DNA of 64,000 nucleotides from Thermodesulfobacteriota bacterium (GTDB lineage Bacteria; Desulfobacterota; Desulfarculia; JACQYL01): NCBI GenBank assembly GCA_963675595.2, contig CAXXLZ010000002.1, positions 3,648,001 to 3,712,000 of the forward strand, read 5' to 3'. Shown piece by piece: positions 10,225 to 20,700 of this stretch (position 1 is its first letter; each line of letters starts with the position of its first letter). The notes under the pieces were generated by a model. It saw only the letters and a program-made list of their open reading frames with translations, ran no database searches and was not told where the DNA came from. The position numbers and the translations under genes were made by a program.

Positions 10225-11829
10225 TCAATCCATCGGGCAAAAGGGGTCCCGATCTTGGAAGGGGTCCAGCCCGAGGCTTGAGGTAACGGCAAGGCAGCCC
10301 CCACAGACCGGGCGCAATTCGCAGGCGTGACAGGCGCGGCTTCCGGCTCGGTATTTCCGAGCCGCTTGGGATTCGTACACCGAAGTCAGACCTTCCGTGA
10401 ACACGTTCCCTAATGGAGAGGGAAACTTGCGGCATGCGTGAGCTTCTCCATCGGGCAGCACGCTCATGAAATTGAAGGCCGCGCCGCAGCCGAACCCCGT
10501 GCACCCTCCGAACGGATCCAATCCCCTGCGGAGGCGGGTCGTCTCCAGCAGATTGTCCTTGAGTCCCAGAATGGGATTGGAGAGGCTCGCCTCAAGATAC
10601 TCACTCAAAAAAGCGTGAAAATCTTCCGGGGTCGGAAGGAGAAGATTGGCTCCTTCGCCTACCAGGGACAGCCGGTTAAAGGTGAAGAGATCGACGTGAT
10701 TTCGAAGCACCTCCGCAAGAGGCAGCACCTGGGGAAGATTTTCGCGCGTAAGGGTGAGCATCACCATGGAGTAGACATTCAGCTCCCGAAGGACCTTCAG
10801 GAAGTTCATCACTCGATCGAAATGCCCCGTTCCCCGAATGTAGTCGTTGTGCTCCGGAAGTCCCTCGAGGCTCACCTGAAAAAACAAGAGCGGTTCGATG
10901 GCGAGCAGTTCCTTGATGTGATGTTTGGGAGCGGGATTTCCCAGGATCGCAAGGCCGAAGCCCCGTTCCGCGGCCGCACGGTATAATTGGGAAAATTGAG
11001 GGTAAAGCAGCGGATTGCCGCCGCTGAAGGACACTTGGCCTCGCACGTTACGAGTTCGACAGAAATCATGGAAATCGTCGAGCAGGACAAGCGCCTTGTT
11101 CCAGTCCATGGCTTCGCGTTCGCTTCGGTCGTAACAGTGTCTGCAGTGCAGATCGCATCGTTGAGTCACGTGCCACTGCAGGGTGAACACCTGGGCGGAC
11201 ACAAATTCCTCGTCCCATTCCTTTCCCAAAGGAAAGTCCTCTCGGGTTCTGCGGATGCCCGACGGCGGGGCCTGCAGAATGCCTTTGCGCACGGCCCGGT
11301 CCAGGGAGGCGTCCATCACCTTGACGGCGACACGGGCTTCTCGGGCGGCGTCCTGAAGGTTCCTTTCCTCCACCACCAGCTTCAGCGCCAGCAGGTCGTC
11401 GTCCGTGGCCGGACGGACAAGAACCCGTTGATCCCACGGCCGTTTCCACACGAGAATCAGCTCTTCGGCGGGGCCCGGGTCGGCGGGATCGCCGTGTCCG
11501 TTGAATGCGGGCAAGGAAGCGAGGCCGGTCCATGAAGTCCGGACCAGGGACAAGGAAGGGTTTACCATGATTTCCGATACTTCGGACGCGGCGGGGAGCA
11601 ATGAGTTTTCAGCGGAACGGACCGCCTGTTCCAAACGGGCCAGATCGGGTGCATAGGGCGGGATGCGTCCGAGGTTCGCACTTTCGGAAAGAAATACCAG
11701 GAACTCTTCCTCCGAAAGATCGCAGGAAGCCTCCGCTCTCCAGGAATCCTTCTTGTCGGATTCGAGCAGGGAAAGGGTCCGAGGGAACAGCCGCCGGGTA
11801 GGATTTTCGGGAGGAGGTTTCGTGGTCAT
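10225..11829 (-). CDS. sbtM: Selenobiotic/thio(seleno)oxazole radical SAM maturase (SPASM domain)
   Basis: FTLQWHVTQRCDLHCRHC; SPASM CTGFGCGAAFNF...CRKF...CHACELRPVCGGC...DPFC; long N-terminal extension; adjacent SbtA-type leader peptides; GGGAGG RBS before ATG 11829. Confidence 0.88.
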   Translation of the reverse strand: MTTKPPPENPTRRLFPRTLSLLESDKKDSWRAEASCDLSEEEFLVFLSESANLGRIPPYAPDLARLEQAVRSAENSLLPAASEVSEIMVNPSLSLVRTSWTGLASLPAFNGHGDPADPGPAEELILVWKRPWDQRVLVRPATDDDLLALKLVVEERNLQDAAREARVAVKVMDASLDRAVRKGILQAPPSGIRRTREDFPLGKEWDEEFVSAQVFTLQWHVTQRCDLHCRHCYDRSEREAMDWNKALVLLDDFHDFCRTRNVRGQVSFSGGNPLLYPQFSQLYRAAAERGFGLAILGNPAPKHHIKELLAIEPLLFFQVSLEGLPEHNDYIRGTGHFDRVMNFLKVLRELNVYSMVMLTLTRENLPQVLPLAEVLRNHVDLFTFNRLSLVGEGANLLLPTPEDFHAFLSEYLEASLSNPILGLKDNLLETTRLRRGLDPFGGCTGFGCGAAFNFMSVLPDGEAHACRKFPSPLGNVFTEGLTSVYESQAARKYRAGSRACHACELRPVCGGCLAVTSSLGLDPFQDRDPFCPMD

Positions 11830-12148
11830 AAGGACGCCTCCCTTTTCAACAGCCTGCAATGATGCGACGTTCTCGACGGGCTGTTTCGATGAGACCGGCG
11901 GGCCCCCTTCGGGGCCTACCGGAATTTCTTGCGGTTCATTATACTCGGGGCGCGAAAAGGCGAGGGCGTCTTAATGAATCGATGGCCCGACCGTCTCAGG
12001 CCGGGGAAAACGCAGTCTGTTCGCCAAAGGCGAATTGCGCTTCCTCTTTCGTCACTTCGGTGTACCCTTTCGTACGCCTCGTTTCTCGGGATTGGCGCCA
12101 TGCATCTTATCAATGATTGCCGGACTGCGGTTCGAGCCTTTCAAACCT

Positions 12149-12176
12149 AAAAAGGGCGTCTTTACGAAAGGCGCCC
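12149..12176 (-). terminator. Terminator after precursor-peptide genes
   Basis: Minus strand GGGCGCCTTT-CGT-AAAGACGCCC-TTTTT. Confidence 0.65.
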
Positions 12177-12207
12177 ACCGGGTGAAGGATCCACCCGAAT
12201 CCCGCGT

Positions 12208-12453
12208 TTACTTGGTTTCGGCGGCCGGCGCAACGGCTTCCGCGTTCGCGGGAGCATCACCGGTATTCTCTTCCGCCGCAGTTTCCGCAGGCTGTTGTTC
12301 TTCCTGCGCCGCCGCGGTTTCCGCGGGCTGCTGTTGCTCCTGGATTACGGGTTCGGCCGCGGAATCACCGTCCGCGAACGCCGGAACCACACCCGACATA
12401 AGAACGGCGATGCAAAACCCAACGAGTATTCTTTTAAGGTTTTTCTTGTCCAT
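12208..12453 (-). CDS. SbtA-like precursor paralog lacking the Sec/Cys core (81 aa)
   Basis: Leader MDKKNLKRILVGFCIAVLMSG..AFA; acidic tail with QQPAETAA twice; GGAG RBS; TAA stop. Confidence 0.8.
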   Translation of the reverse strand: MDKKNLKRILVGFCIAVLMSGVVPAFADGDSAAEPVIQEQQQPAETAAAQEEQQPAETAAEENTGDAPANAEAVAPAAETK

Positions 12454-12793
12454 GTGTAATCTCCGATGAAATAGGGCTGATAGCGAGCCTCGCACCACTC
12501 GATCCCGAGTAGGAAGCGATTCTATCAGCAAACAGGGGACAAGAAAATGGGTACTTGTTCACTTATGGGGTCCGGCGTCAAAGAAAATCACGACCCTGAT
12601 TTCGCATCAAAACACGCCGTGAAGATCTCCGGAGAGATGTTCACGGCGGACGGCCCGATCGATCCTCATGCATCGGGACAAGGGCTTGGGAGCGATCGTA
12701 ATGGGAACATGCGGCCCGGTTGGTGCCCGACCTCCCGTTCGGGGAAGTCTCAACGCCCGGACCGCGATTCAGGACTCGGAGACGCAAACGTGA

Positions 12794-13075
12794 TTACTTG
12801 CTCTCCGCGGGCATCTGCTGTTGCTCTTCACCCTCGGCGGGTTGAGCCTCTTTGGACTCGGTTTCCGACGGTTGCTGCTGATCCTGCGGGGTGCGGACCG
12901 CACCCTTCTTGGCGCCGCCTCACCCGGATTTCCCGGCTTCTTTCTTCACAGGCTCGGTACTCCCGGTACCGGGCTTTCCACCTCACCCACTACCTGCGAA
13001 AGCCAATCCCGAACCTGACACCAGAGTTGCGATGCACAACCCCGCCAGGGTCTTTTTCAGTTCCTTTTTGTCCAT
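12794..13075 (-). CDS. sbtA: SbtA selenobiotic precursor with two selenocysteines (93 aa; absent from ORF track)
   Basis: Manual translation: MDKKELKKTLAGLCIATLVSGSGLAFAGSG-U-GGKPGTGSTEPVKKEAGKSG-U-GGAKKGAVRTPQDQQQPSETESKEAQPAEGEEQQQMPAESK*. GGGGAG RBS; TGA at 12985-12983 and 12922-12920. Confidence 0.85.
12889..12905 (-). promoter_or_regulatory. Putative bacterial SECIS for Sec52
   Basis: GGGUGCG-GUC-CGCACCC hairpin starting 14 nt after the second UGA, with a G-containing apical loop. Confidence 0.7.
12955..12971 (-). promoter_or_regulatory. Putative bacterial SECIS for Sec31
   Basis: CGGUAC-CGGGA-GUACCG hairpin starting 11 nt after the first UGA. Confidence 0.7.
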
Positions 13076-13336
13076 AAAAACTCCCCTGTTTTCAGCTTGT
13101 TGTTCCGAGAATCCTTCGTTCGTACGCGTCCCGATCACCAAATATTGTATCAGGTGGAAGGGCGTATGAGAAAATAAAAGATCGGGGATCGGGATCGTTT
13201 ACAGAATCTTTAATTAATGAAACCGATATATAGTGTTGGCGGATGTCGGGCAAGCAGGTGAGACGATGGAACGGAGAGGGGGTGAGGGCAACGAATCATT
13301 TAGCCACGCATCGATTGAGGAAGGGTCGGAAAGGAG

Positions 13337-13500
13337 AACGCTGTAACCGCAGGACCCCTTGTACGGGCTCCATCCCGCCTGTACGTTCCGAAGCGGAACC
13401 CGGGAGCTTCTTTGCCGATTCAGGAGATGTAAGGAACGCTGTAGATCAGCGAGAAAATCCATCTCTCCCGCAGCATCTCCGCCGAAGGCCGTGAATGATC
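13337..13500. repeat. Dispersed intergenic repeat module C joined to a partial module A
   Basis: GGACCCCTTGTA..GGCTCCA.CCCGCCTGT...GGGAGCTTCTTTGCCGATTCAGGAGATGT; near-copy at 27546-27690, partial copies at ~45162 and ~58640. Confidence 0.75.
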
Positions 13501-13524
13501 ACACCCCAAGACCGGAGCCGCCGA

Positions 13525-13821
13525 TCACTTGTCCGCCGGCTTCACCACCAGGGTCAATCCATCCACCGCAGCGACGATCACTTTGGAGCCCGGAGAAATC
13601 TTGGATCCGCCGCGGGCGTTCCAGAGCTCATTCCCCAGAGTCACCTTCCCTTGGAGCCCGGACCAGTGTTTCACTTCGCCCTCTTTGCCGACCATCGCAT
13701 CGGGACCGCAGGCGGAAGCGCGATTACGGTTCTTGACGGCCCAATACAGGGGAAACACCACGTGCTCGACGAGCTCATAAGCCACGAAGCAAACCAGCAG
13801 AACAACCAACCAGTCACTCAT
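13525..13821 (-). CDS. NfeD-like C-terminal OB-fold membrane protein
   Basis: N-terminal TM, then MVGKEGEV..GKVTLGNELWNA....ISPGSKVIVAAVDGLTLVVKP. Confidence 0.8.
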   Translation of the reverse strand: MSDWLVVLLVCFVAYELVEHVVFPLYWAVKNRNRASACGPDAMVGKEGEVKHWSGLQGKVTLGNELWNARGGSKISPGSKVIVAAVDGLTLVVKPADK

Positions 13822-13954
13822 GAATCACCGGCCCTGAACGACGTCGAAGCAATGTTCAATCCGCGGTAAGCAAACTCGAGCGTGAAGGCTTCATTGGTTT
13901 TTTGTCGTGTGAAGCGGCAGCGTCGAGTCCTACCCGCCAAACACGGCTGAGACA

Positions 13955-14893
13955 TTATCTTCTTGAGGCGAAGTGCCGGGAGACGGCCTCCCTCACGAGG
14001 GAATAGAGCGATTTGATTTGCGACCGGGTCTTTGCCGCCGCCCGCACGAACCAACCTTGAAATCGAGGAAGGACCGATCCGGATAACAGCGTATGGAAAT
14101 TGGATAATGGGATGCGAGTCCATTTCAGGTTGAAACCTTGGGCCCATGGAAAAAAATCGGTGGGCCGGCGACGCGATAGGGTATTTGTCGGCCTGCTGTT
14201 TTGGCTCCGGCGAGGCTCGTAACTCTTGAGCGACGCCGAAGCCTTCGATGGAGGAGAATCCCGACCATTGACGGGCTCTTCGGATGAGCACGGTCTCAAG
14301 TCCGACCCATGACACCATAATTCAGTGAACACCCATTTGGGAAGACTTCGGAGATTGTCGAGAAAGGCTTTCTTGCTCAGGTCTGATACTTCGGATTCCC
14401 GGAATCCAAGAACAAGCACGCCGGATTCGACAACGGCCGATCCGCCGACGATGGTATCATTTCCGCCGTAGGTTTCCCAGGAGACCGTCGATTGAGGAGC
14501 AACCGATATCCGGTAACGTCCGAGCCGATAGATGGATTGATCGATTGTTTTCATCGAATAACGGCTTCGGTTTCGTTTTCGGGCATAGGCTATATTTCGT
14601 ATTTGTTCATCATCGACGGATAACCCGGTATCGCAGTCGAATATGGATGAGGACACGCAATAGTAAGGTGTCTTGTCCCATAAGGGCTGCTTGCTCAATA
14701 AATCGAAAAATTCCAACTTGAGAAAACCATGCCCTTCACTTCGTCGGCAACCCATGACGAGGATGTTTCCAAGAATCGTACAAGCTCCGCTGCGCTCCAT
14801 GCCCAAGCCCGAAGAAGCCTTCCACCACACGGAACCATCCGCATACTCGATGAGCAAATAGTCGTCCAAACGGTACATGGGTAGGTTGGCCAT
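13955..14893 (-). CDS. Hypothetical protein with an internally duplicated ~75-aa domain
   Basis: YRLDDYLLIE..VWW..G.CTILGNILVMG..K.EFFD.L..QPLW..T.YYC versus YRLGRYRISV..VSW..GSAVVESGVLVLG..KKAFLDNL..LPKW..TELWC; start uncertain. Confidence 0.7.
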   Translation of the reverse strand: MANLPMYRLDDYLLIEYADGSVWWKASSGLGMERSGACTILGNILVMGCRRSEGHGFLKLEFFDLLSKQPLWDKTPYYCVSSSIFDCDTGLSVDDEQIRNIAYARKRNRSRYSMKTIDQSIYRLGRYRISVAPQSTVSWETYGGNDTIVGGSAVVESGVLVLGFRESEVSDLSKKAFLDNLRSLPKWVFTELWCHGSDLRPCSSEEPVNGRDSPPSKASASLKSYEPRRSQNSRPTNTLSRRRPTDFFPWAQGFNLKWTRIPLSNFHTLLSGSVLPRFQGWFVRAAAKTRSQIKSLYSLVREAVSRHFASRR

Positions 14894-14992
14894 GAGTACC
14901 ATGCTTAGCATGTTGAGCGTATAGAGGTCAAAATGATCAGAACAACCGGTGCTCACCGGGTGGATCTTGAGAAACGCAGCGGAAAATTTGTA

Positions 14993-15087
14993 GTCATTCA
15001 CGGGGGGGAACTTTCAAGAAGTTCCCCCCCCGTGCCCCCCAAAAAAAGTTTTTGGCGGGCCTCGCCGCCTTCGGCGGAGAGGCTGAG
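14993..15087. repeat. Dispersed palindromic repeat module A (REP-like)
   Basis: ATTCACGGGGGGAACTTT..AAGTTCCCCCC plus CTC.CCGCCTTCGGCGGAGAGGCT. Copies or part-copies at ~16878, 27681, 32156, 43470, 45232, 47455, 47655, 48981, 50699/52146, 53654 and 58705. Confidence 0.85.
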
Positions 15088-15583
15088 GGAGAGATCCCTT
15101 GCCGATATCCAACGCTTCTCACATCTCATGAATTCGCGCAATAGATCTCTATGTCGGCTTCGTCACGCCTGGCGGGACGGAGCCCGCATTGGGGGTCCGG
15201 GGGAACGGGTTCCCCCGGTGGCCCTGTGAATAAAAACGAAAATTTAACAGGAAGGCAACCGGACGGAATCGCTGATGGGAAGGTGAAGCAGTCCGGCAAG
15301 TGGGTATGGAGAGTTTCATGGTGCGCTTTCGCAACTCGGGGGAATCTTGGAGAATTGCTTGCCGGAATGACTTTCGGGGAGCGGCGTTCACAGAGACGTC
15401 TAAAGAGATGGCGTGGAAGGGTTGCGGCAACACCCCTGCCGACGCCCGGAAATCGTCAATCCCCGTGGGGGGTCGCCTCTATATCATGCGTCGATGAGGC
15501 GGCCCCGGATTTCAAGCGCCGGGACCGCCGGAGCAAGTGAATCGGAACATCCCGCATGAATACTACAAGAAGAACCCTAACGA

Positions 15584-16843
15584 TCAAAGGGTCTGCAAGT
15601 CATACCAGTAACGCGCATTTTCCAGCGTTTTCAGCCCTCTCCCTCCCATCCAGAGGCCTATGACTTTCTGGTCGCGCCAGTGTTTTTCGATGTCGAACTC
15701 CCGGGCGTAACCGTAGGATCCCATGAAATCCATGGCTCTGCTGCACGCTCGTTCCACCGCTATGTTGGCATGCAGCGCCAGTCCTCGGGTTTTGAGAACG
15801 AAACGCTCATCCCAAGGTTCCCACTCATAGATTTCCGGATGATCCATTTCTCTGGCGTAGGTCCAGACCCATGCCGAGGTGGATTCTATGAGCATGGCGA
15901 CGTCGCAAAGCATGTCCGCGCACAGGCTGTGCTCTTTGAGCGGCTTCCCGGCGATTATTCTTTCCGTCGTCCATTTCTTGATGATCTCATAGACGTTCTT
16001 CATGATGCCGACGCACATGGCGGCGGAGGCAAGATTGCCCAGCGCAATGGTTCGTTTCCAATACTTGAAATCATTCCCGGGTCCGTGAAATCGATACCGT
16101 TTGGGAACCCGGACCTGTTCGAACCAGACGTCCGAATTCATATCCGCCGCCATACCGGCCTTCTGGTAGGCGTTTCCCACCGAGACGCCTTCCGTATCCC
16201 GCGGAACGAGGATCAGCGCGAAGTCGTTGGTGTCCGTGGAGCCCTTTTTCGTCGTGCATACGACCACGTAGAGATCGCCGACCTTGCCCGAGTTCGTGGG
16301 CCAAATCTTGTGTCCATTGATGATCCAATGATCCCCGTCCAGCGTGGCGGTGGTCTTTATGGTTTTTCCGTACATCCGCCCAAAGTTCTCGATATCGGCC
16401 CCACTGTTCGGTTCGGTCATCGCATGGCACCCCACATACAGGTCCGAACCGCAGTATTTGGGCCCGAACTCCATGCACAGTTCCATGTTGCGGTGCGGGC
16501 TCAGAAGCATGGGTACAAGGCCCCAGATGGAACAGATGCAGGCCGTTGCAAAGCCGGAATCGACCCGCGCCAGTTCTTCGCACACAAGAGCGGTAACGGT
16601 GGCCGGCTCAGGCATATCCAAGCCGCCCGCCTCCTTGGGAAAGAACGCCTTGTTGATCCCCAGGTCCACCAGAGCCTCTTTTAAAAGCGGCTCCACAAGA
16701 CGATGCTCCTTCCAGTCTTCATCCACCTGTTGACGAACGGGGACGTAACGAGCCTCAGCCCATTTCCTCACACCCTTGGCAAGATCATTCAGAAAATCGG
16801 GAACCCACTCTTTCGGTCGAATGAAGTCGTCGATGTTCGGCAT
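15584..16843 (-). CDS. Acyl-CoA dehydrogenase
   Basis: CEELARVDSG, AMTEPNSGAD, WIINGHKIWPTN, GSYGYAREFDIEKHWRD; AAGGAG RBS. Confidence 0.93.
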   Translation of the reverse strand: MPNIDDFIRPKEWVPDFLNDLAKGVRKWAEARYVPVRQQVDEDWKEHRLVEPLLKEALVDLGINKAFFPKEAGGLDMPEPATVTALVCEELARVDSGFATACICSIWGLVPMLLSPHRNMELCMEFGPKYCGSDLYVGCHAMTEPNSGADIENFGRMYGKTIKTTATLDGDHWIINGHKIWPTNSGKVGDLYVVVCTTKKGSTDTNDFALILVPRDTEGVSVGNAYQKAGMAADMNSDVWFEQVRVPKRYRFHGPGNDFKYWKRTIALGNLASAAMCVGIMKNVYEIIKKWTTERIIAGKPLKEHSLCADMLCDVAMLIESTSAWVWTYAREMDHPEIYEWEPWDERFVLKTRGLALHANIAVERACSRAMDFMGSYGYAREFDIEKHWRDQKVIGLWMGGRGLKTLENARYWYDLQTL

Positions 16844-17777
16844 GCTTCGGTCTCCTTTTCGGCAAAGATTTTTTGTACTCATTCACGGGGGGAATTTTTG
16901 AAAAAATTCCCCCCGTGCACCCCCCTTGAAACGTTTCAAGTAGGCCTCACCGCCTTCGGCGGAGAGGCTCCTTTTGTTACGAACCCGGTTACCCATTCAG
17001 TGAGAACGACCAACCTCGGTTGCGACGCGCCGGCGAGCAACCCGCTCAAAATGTTTGGGAAAGGGGCCGGGAAAGCCTTTTTCAGTAATCATTCACGGGG
17101 GGAACTCGTCTATCGTAGGGGCAGGCCATAGTGCCTGCCCAAGAGACGGCCGAAGGCCGACCTCCTCCTCTGTGCCCCCGGTGCCGGCGTTCCTCCGGCG
17201 ACCGTGTGAATAAGCACCTTTTTCAAAAGGTTGTCCCGGATACCCCCTGAATGGATACGATTTTTTTGTGACGGCCGACCTTCCGGCCGGGGGAAGCCAT
17301 AAAAATCTTCTGTTGGCTCGGCACGCCGGCCCCGAAAGCGTTGGCCGAGGGAAATCTTAGGGGATACCGAATCGTCCGCACAATATGATGGATTCCTCCA
17401 GCTCCGGTTTACGGCTGTTTTCATCTCCCGGAGATTCGACAAACGGATTAAGGGATAGCTTTTCACTTATTCCCAAAGTATGTCAAGGCGGAAGGTCACA
17501 ACCGCGGGGTATCGATGTCGTCTGTTGCCCATACCGCTTTCTTTGGAAACCGAGACTCATGAAATCCATGGAATGAAATCATGATTTGGTGAATTGCCAT
17601 AGACTCGGGAAACTTGTAGGGTATGTCGATCCAAGAAGGAAAAGTGAGTTTGCCGGCGGCGGAAGCATGTTTTCACTATATTCATTCCAAAGGAAGGCTC
17701 GGAGCCGGGCTGACGAGAACAAAACAAAGGAATGAGCGGCCGCTAAAGCCGCAAGAACGGAGGATGAGCGAGAAGAA

Positions 17778-20700
17778 ATGAGCATGTTTCTGGACAACAA
17801 GTCACACGGCAAGGTCGGCGATGCCCTCGCGGAGGCCATCCGTACCGGTGCGCATCTGTCCGTACTTTCCGGTCTCTTCTCCATCTACGGATACTCCGTC
17901 CTAAAGAAACAGCTCTCCCGCGTGGGTGCGTTGCGGCTTCTTATTCCGTCGCACAGCACTCCGGCCGGCGTTGGTGCGGAGCAGCCGTTTCGTTTGGAGG
18001 GCCTCACGGGAAGCGACGCGGACAGGCGTTTCCGCAATACCCTGACACTGGCAAGGGTCGCTCGTGAATGCGCTGAGTGGCTTCAAGAGAAGGCCGATAT
18101 TAGATCGATCTCACTGCCGGTTCCGCAGAATCTTTTTCATGTCGAGAACCCCGACGGAAGCGCCATAGCCGTCAACGGAAGCTCGCCGTTTACGTCCGCC
18201 GGGCTGGGGGCCGTGCCTTCGGACGGCTACGAAATGAATACGTGCTTCACGACCCCGGAAGAAACGACAAGTTTGCTGAAATGGTTCGACACGATATGGT
18301 CGAATCCGGAAGCGACAAAAGACGTAAAGGACTTCCTGGTCGCCCAACTCGAAGGCATCTTTGCCGACAAGTCCCCCGAACTCGTGTACTTCCTGACGCT
18401 CTACAATCTGTTCCGCGAGTACCTCGGTGATCTCGAAGAAGAAAAGATCATCAAGACCAAAACCGGCATCAAAGACACGCTCGTTTGGGGTAAGCTTTAT
18501 CGCTTTCAGCGAGACGGAGTTCTCGGGGCAATCGATAAGATCGAGAGGTACAACGGCTGTATCATCGCCGATAGCGTGGGGCTCGGTAAGACATTCGAGG
18601 CCTTGGCCATCATCAAGTATTACGAACTTCGTAACGATCGCGTACTCGTTCTGTGTCCAAAAAAGCTGCGAGAGAACTGGACCCTCTACACGGTGAATGA
18701 CCGTCGAAATCTTTTCGCCGCCGACCGCTTCAATTTCGATGTCCTTAACCACACGGATCTGTCCCGATTGAGCGGCATGTCCGGAGAGATCAATTTAGAG
18801 ACGCTCAACTGGGGAAATTATGACCTTGTCGTGATTGACGAATCTCACAATTTTCGAAACAACCCGCCGCGCAAAGACGGTTTGACGCGATACTCTCGGC
18901 TCATGCGGGAAATCATAAAGGCGGGCGTAAGGACAAAGGTGCTTATGCTTTCGGCCACGCCCGTCAACAGTCGGATGAACGATCTCAAAAACCAGGTCGC
19001 GTTTATCACGGAAGGCGCAGACGATGCCCTCTACGAAAGCGGGATTGTCAGCATCGAACAAACGCTTCGTAAGGCTCAGATGAGATTCAACCACTGGCTT
19101 CGCACGGACGCCGACGAGCGGACGACACAGGGGCTGCTGGATGCGCTGAATTTCGACTACTTCAAGCTCCTCGACTTGCTCACGATTGCCCGCTCGCGCA
19201 AACACATCGAGAAATACTACGATCTCGGGGAAGTCGGCGCTTTCGCCGAGCGCGCCAAGCCGCTTAATATCAAAGCGGACATAGACACCAAAGACCTGTT
19301 TCCCGACCTCAGGGAGATCAACCGCGATATCCGCCGACTCAACCTTGCGTCCTATGCCCCGCTGAGGTACGTCTTGCCCGGCAAACTCAATGAATACAGT
19401 CGCAAATACGACATGGTGTTGGCAGGCGGTTCGGTTTTCAAGCAGATCGACCGAGAGGAGAGCCTGATTCACCTGATGCGGGTGAACCTGCTCAAGCGCA
19501 TGGAAAGCTCGATCAATTCTTTTGCCCTTACCCTGGGAAGGCTTCTGGCGAATGTGCGTCAAATGATTGGACGTATCGACGCACATGAGGGATCGGAGGT
19601 CGAAGAACTCAGCATCGAAGACATCGAGGTCGACGAGGATGAATTCGCTCCGTATCTGATCGGCAGCAAGATCAAAGTCCTGCTGCAGGATGTCGACCGG
19701 GTGCGATGGAGACAGGAGCTTGAGGAGGACAAAGAGCTTCTGATTAAGCTGTTGCGGCAAGCCCGTGAGATCGACGCCTCCCGCGATGAAAAACTCCTGC
19801 GCCTCAAGGAAGTCATTGCCGCCAAATGCGCCGATCCCATGAATCCGGGGAACAAAAAGGTCCTCGTCTTTACCGCCTTCGCGGATACGGCGGAATACCT
19901 ATACAAGAATATCGCCTCTTGGGCGAAGAGTGAAGTCGGTGTTCACTCCGCCCTGGTGACCGGAGGAAGCAACGGCAATCAGACCACGATGCCCGGGATT
20001 CGGAAGGATATCGCGTCGATTATTACTTCCTTTTCTCCATTATCCAAGGAACGTGCAAAGATTGATGAATCTCTGGAAGATGAGATCAGTATTCTGATCT
20101 CCACCGACTGCCTGTCCGAAGGCCAGAACCTCCAGGATTGCGACTATGTGGTGAACTATGACATTCACTGGAACCCCGTCCGCATCATCCAGCGCTTCGG
20201 CCGTATCGACCGACTCGGTTCGCGGAACGCGATCATCCAACTCGTCAACTTCTGGCCGAACATGGAACTGGACGAGTACATCAATCTTGAAGCGCGTGTT
20301 TCCGGTCGCATGGTGCTCCTCGACATCTCCGCCACCGGTGAAGAAAACATCATCGAGTTTTCCGACGCCGGCAGGATGAACGACCTGGAGTATCGCCGGC
20401 GTCAGCTCGAACAGCTTCAGAACGAAGTGATGGACCTTGAAGACCTGGGGGGCGGCATCTCCATCACGGACATGACGCTCAACGACTTCCGCATGGACCT
20501 GTCCGAATACCTCAAAGGGCATTCCGACCAACTGGAGCACATGCCTCCAGGGGCCTTCGCCGTAACCCACATCGACGACCTGATGGATGAAGACGAGTCG
20601 GTGGGCCCGGGCGTCATCTTCTGTCTCCGCAGTGACACGGCTCGGATCAAGGCGGACGGCACCTACGCGCTGGCTCCCTATTATCTGGTGTGGGTGTCCG

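Noticed and set aside
12547-13169. Plus-strand ORFs 12547..13077, 12821..13018 and 12891..13169
   Set aside because: Antisense shadows of the UGA-containing sbtA gene, which has the RBS, family leader and SECIS-like hairpins.
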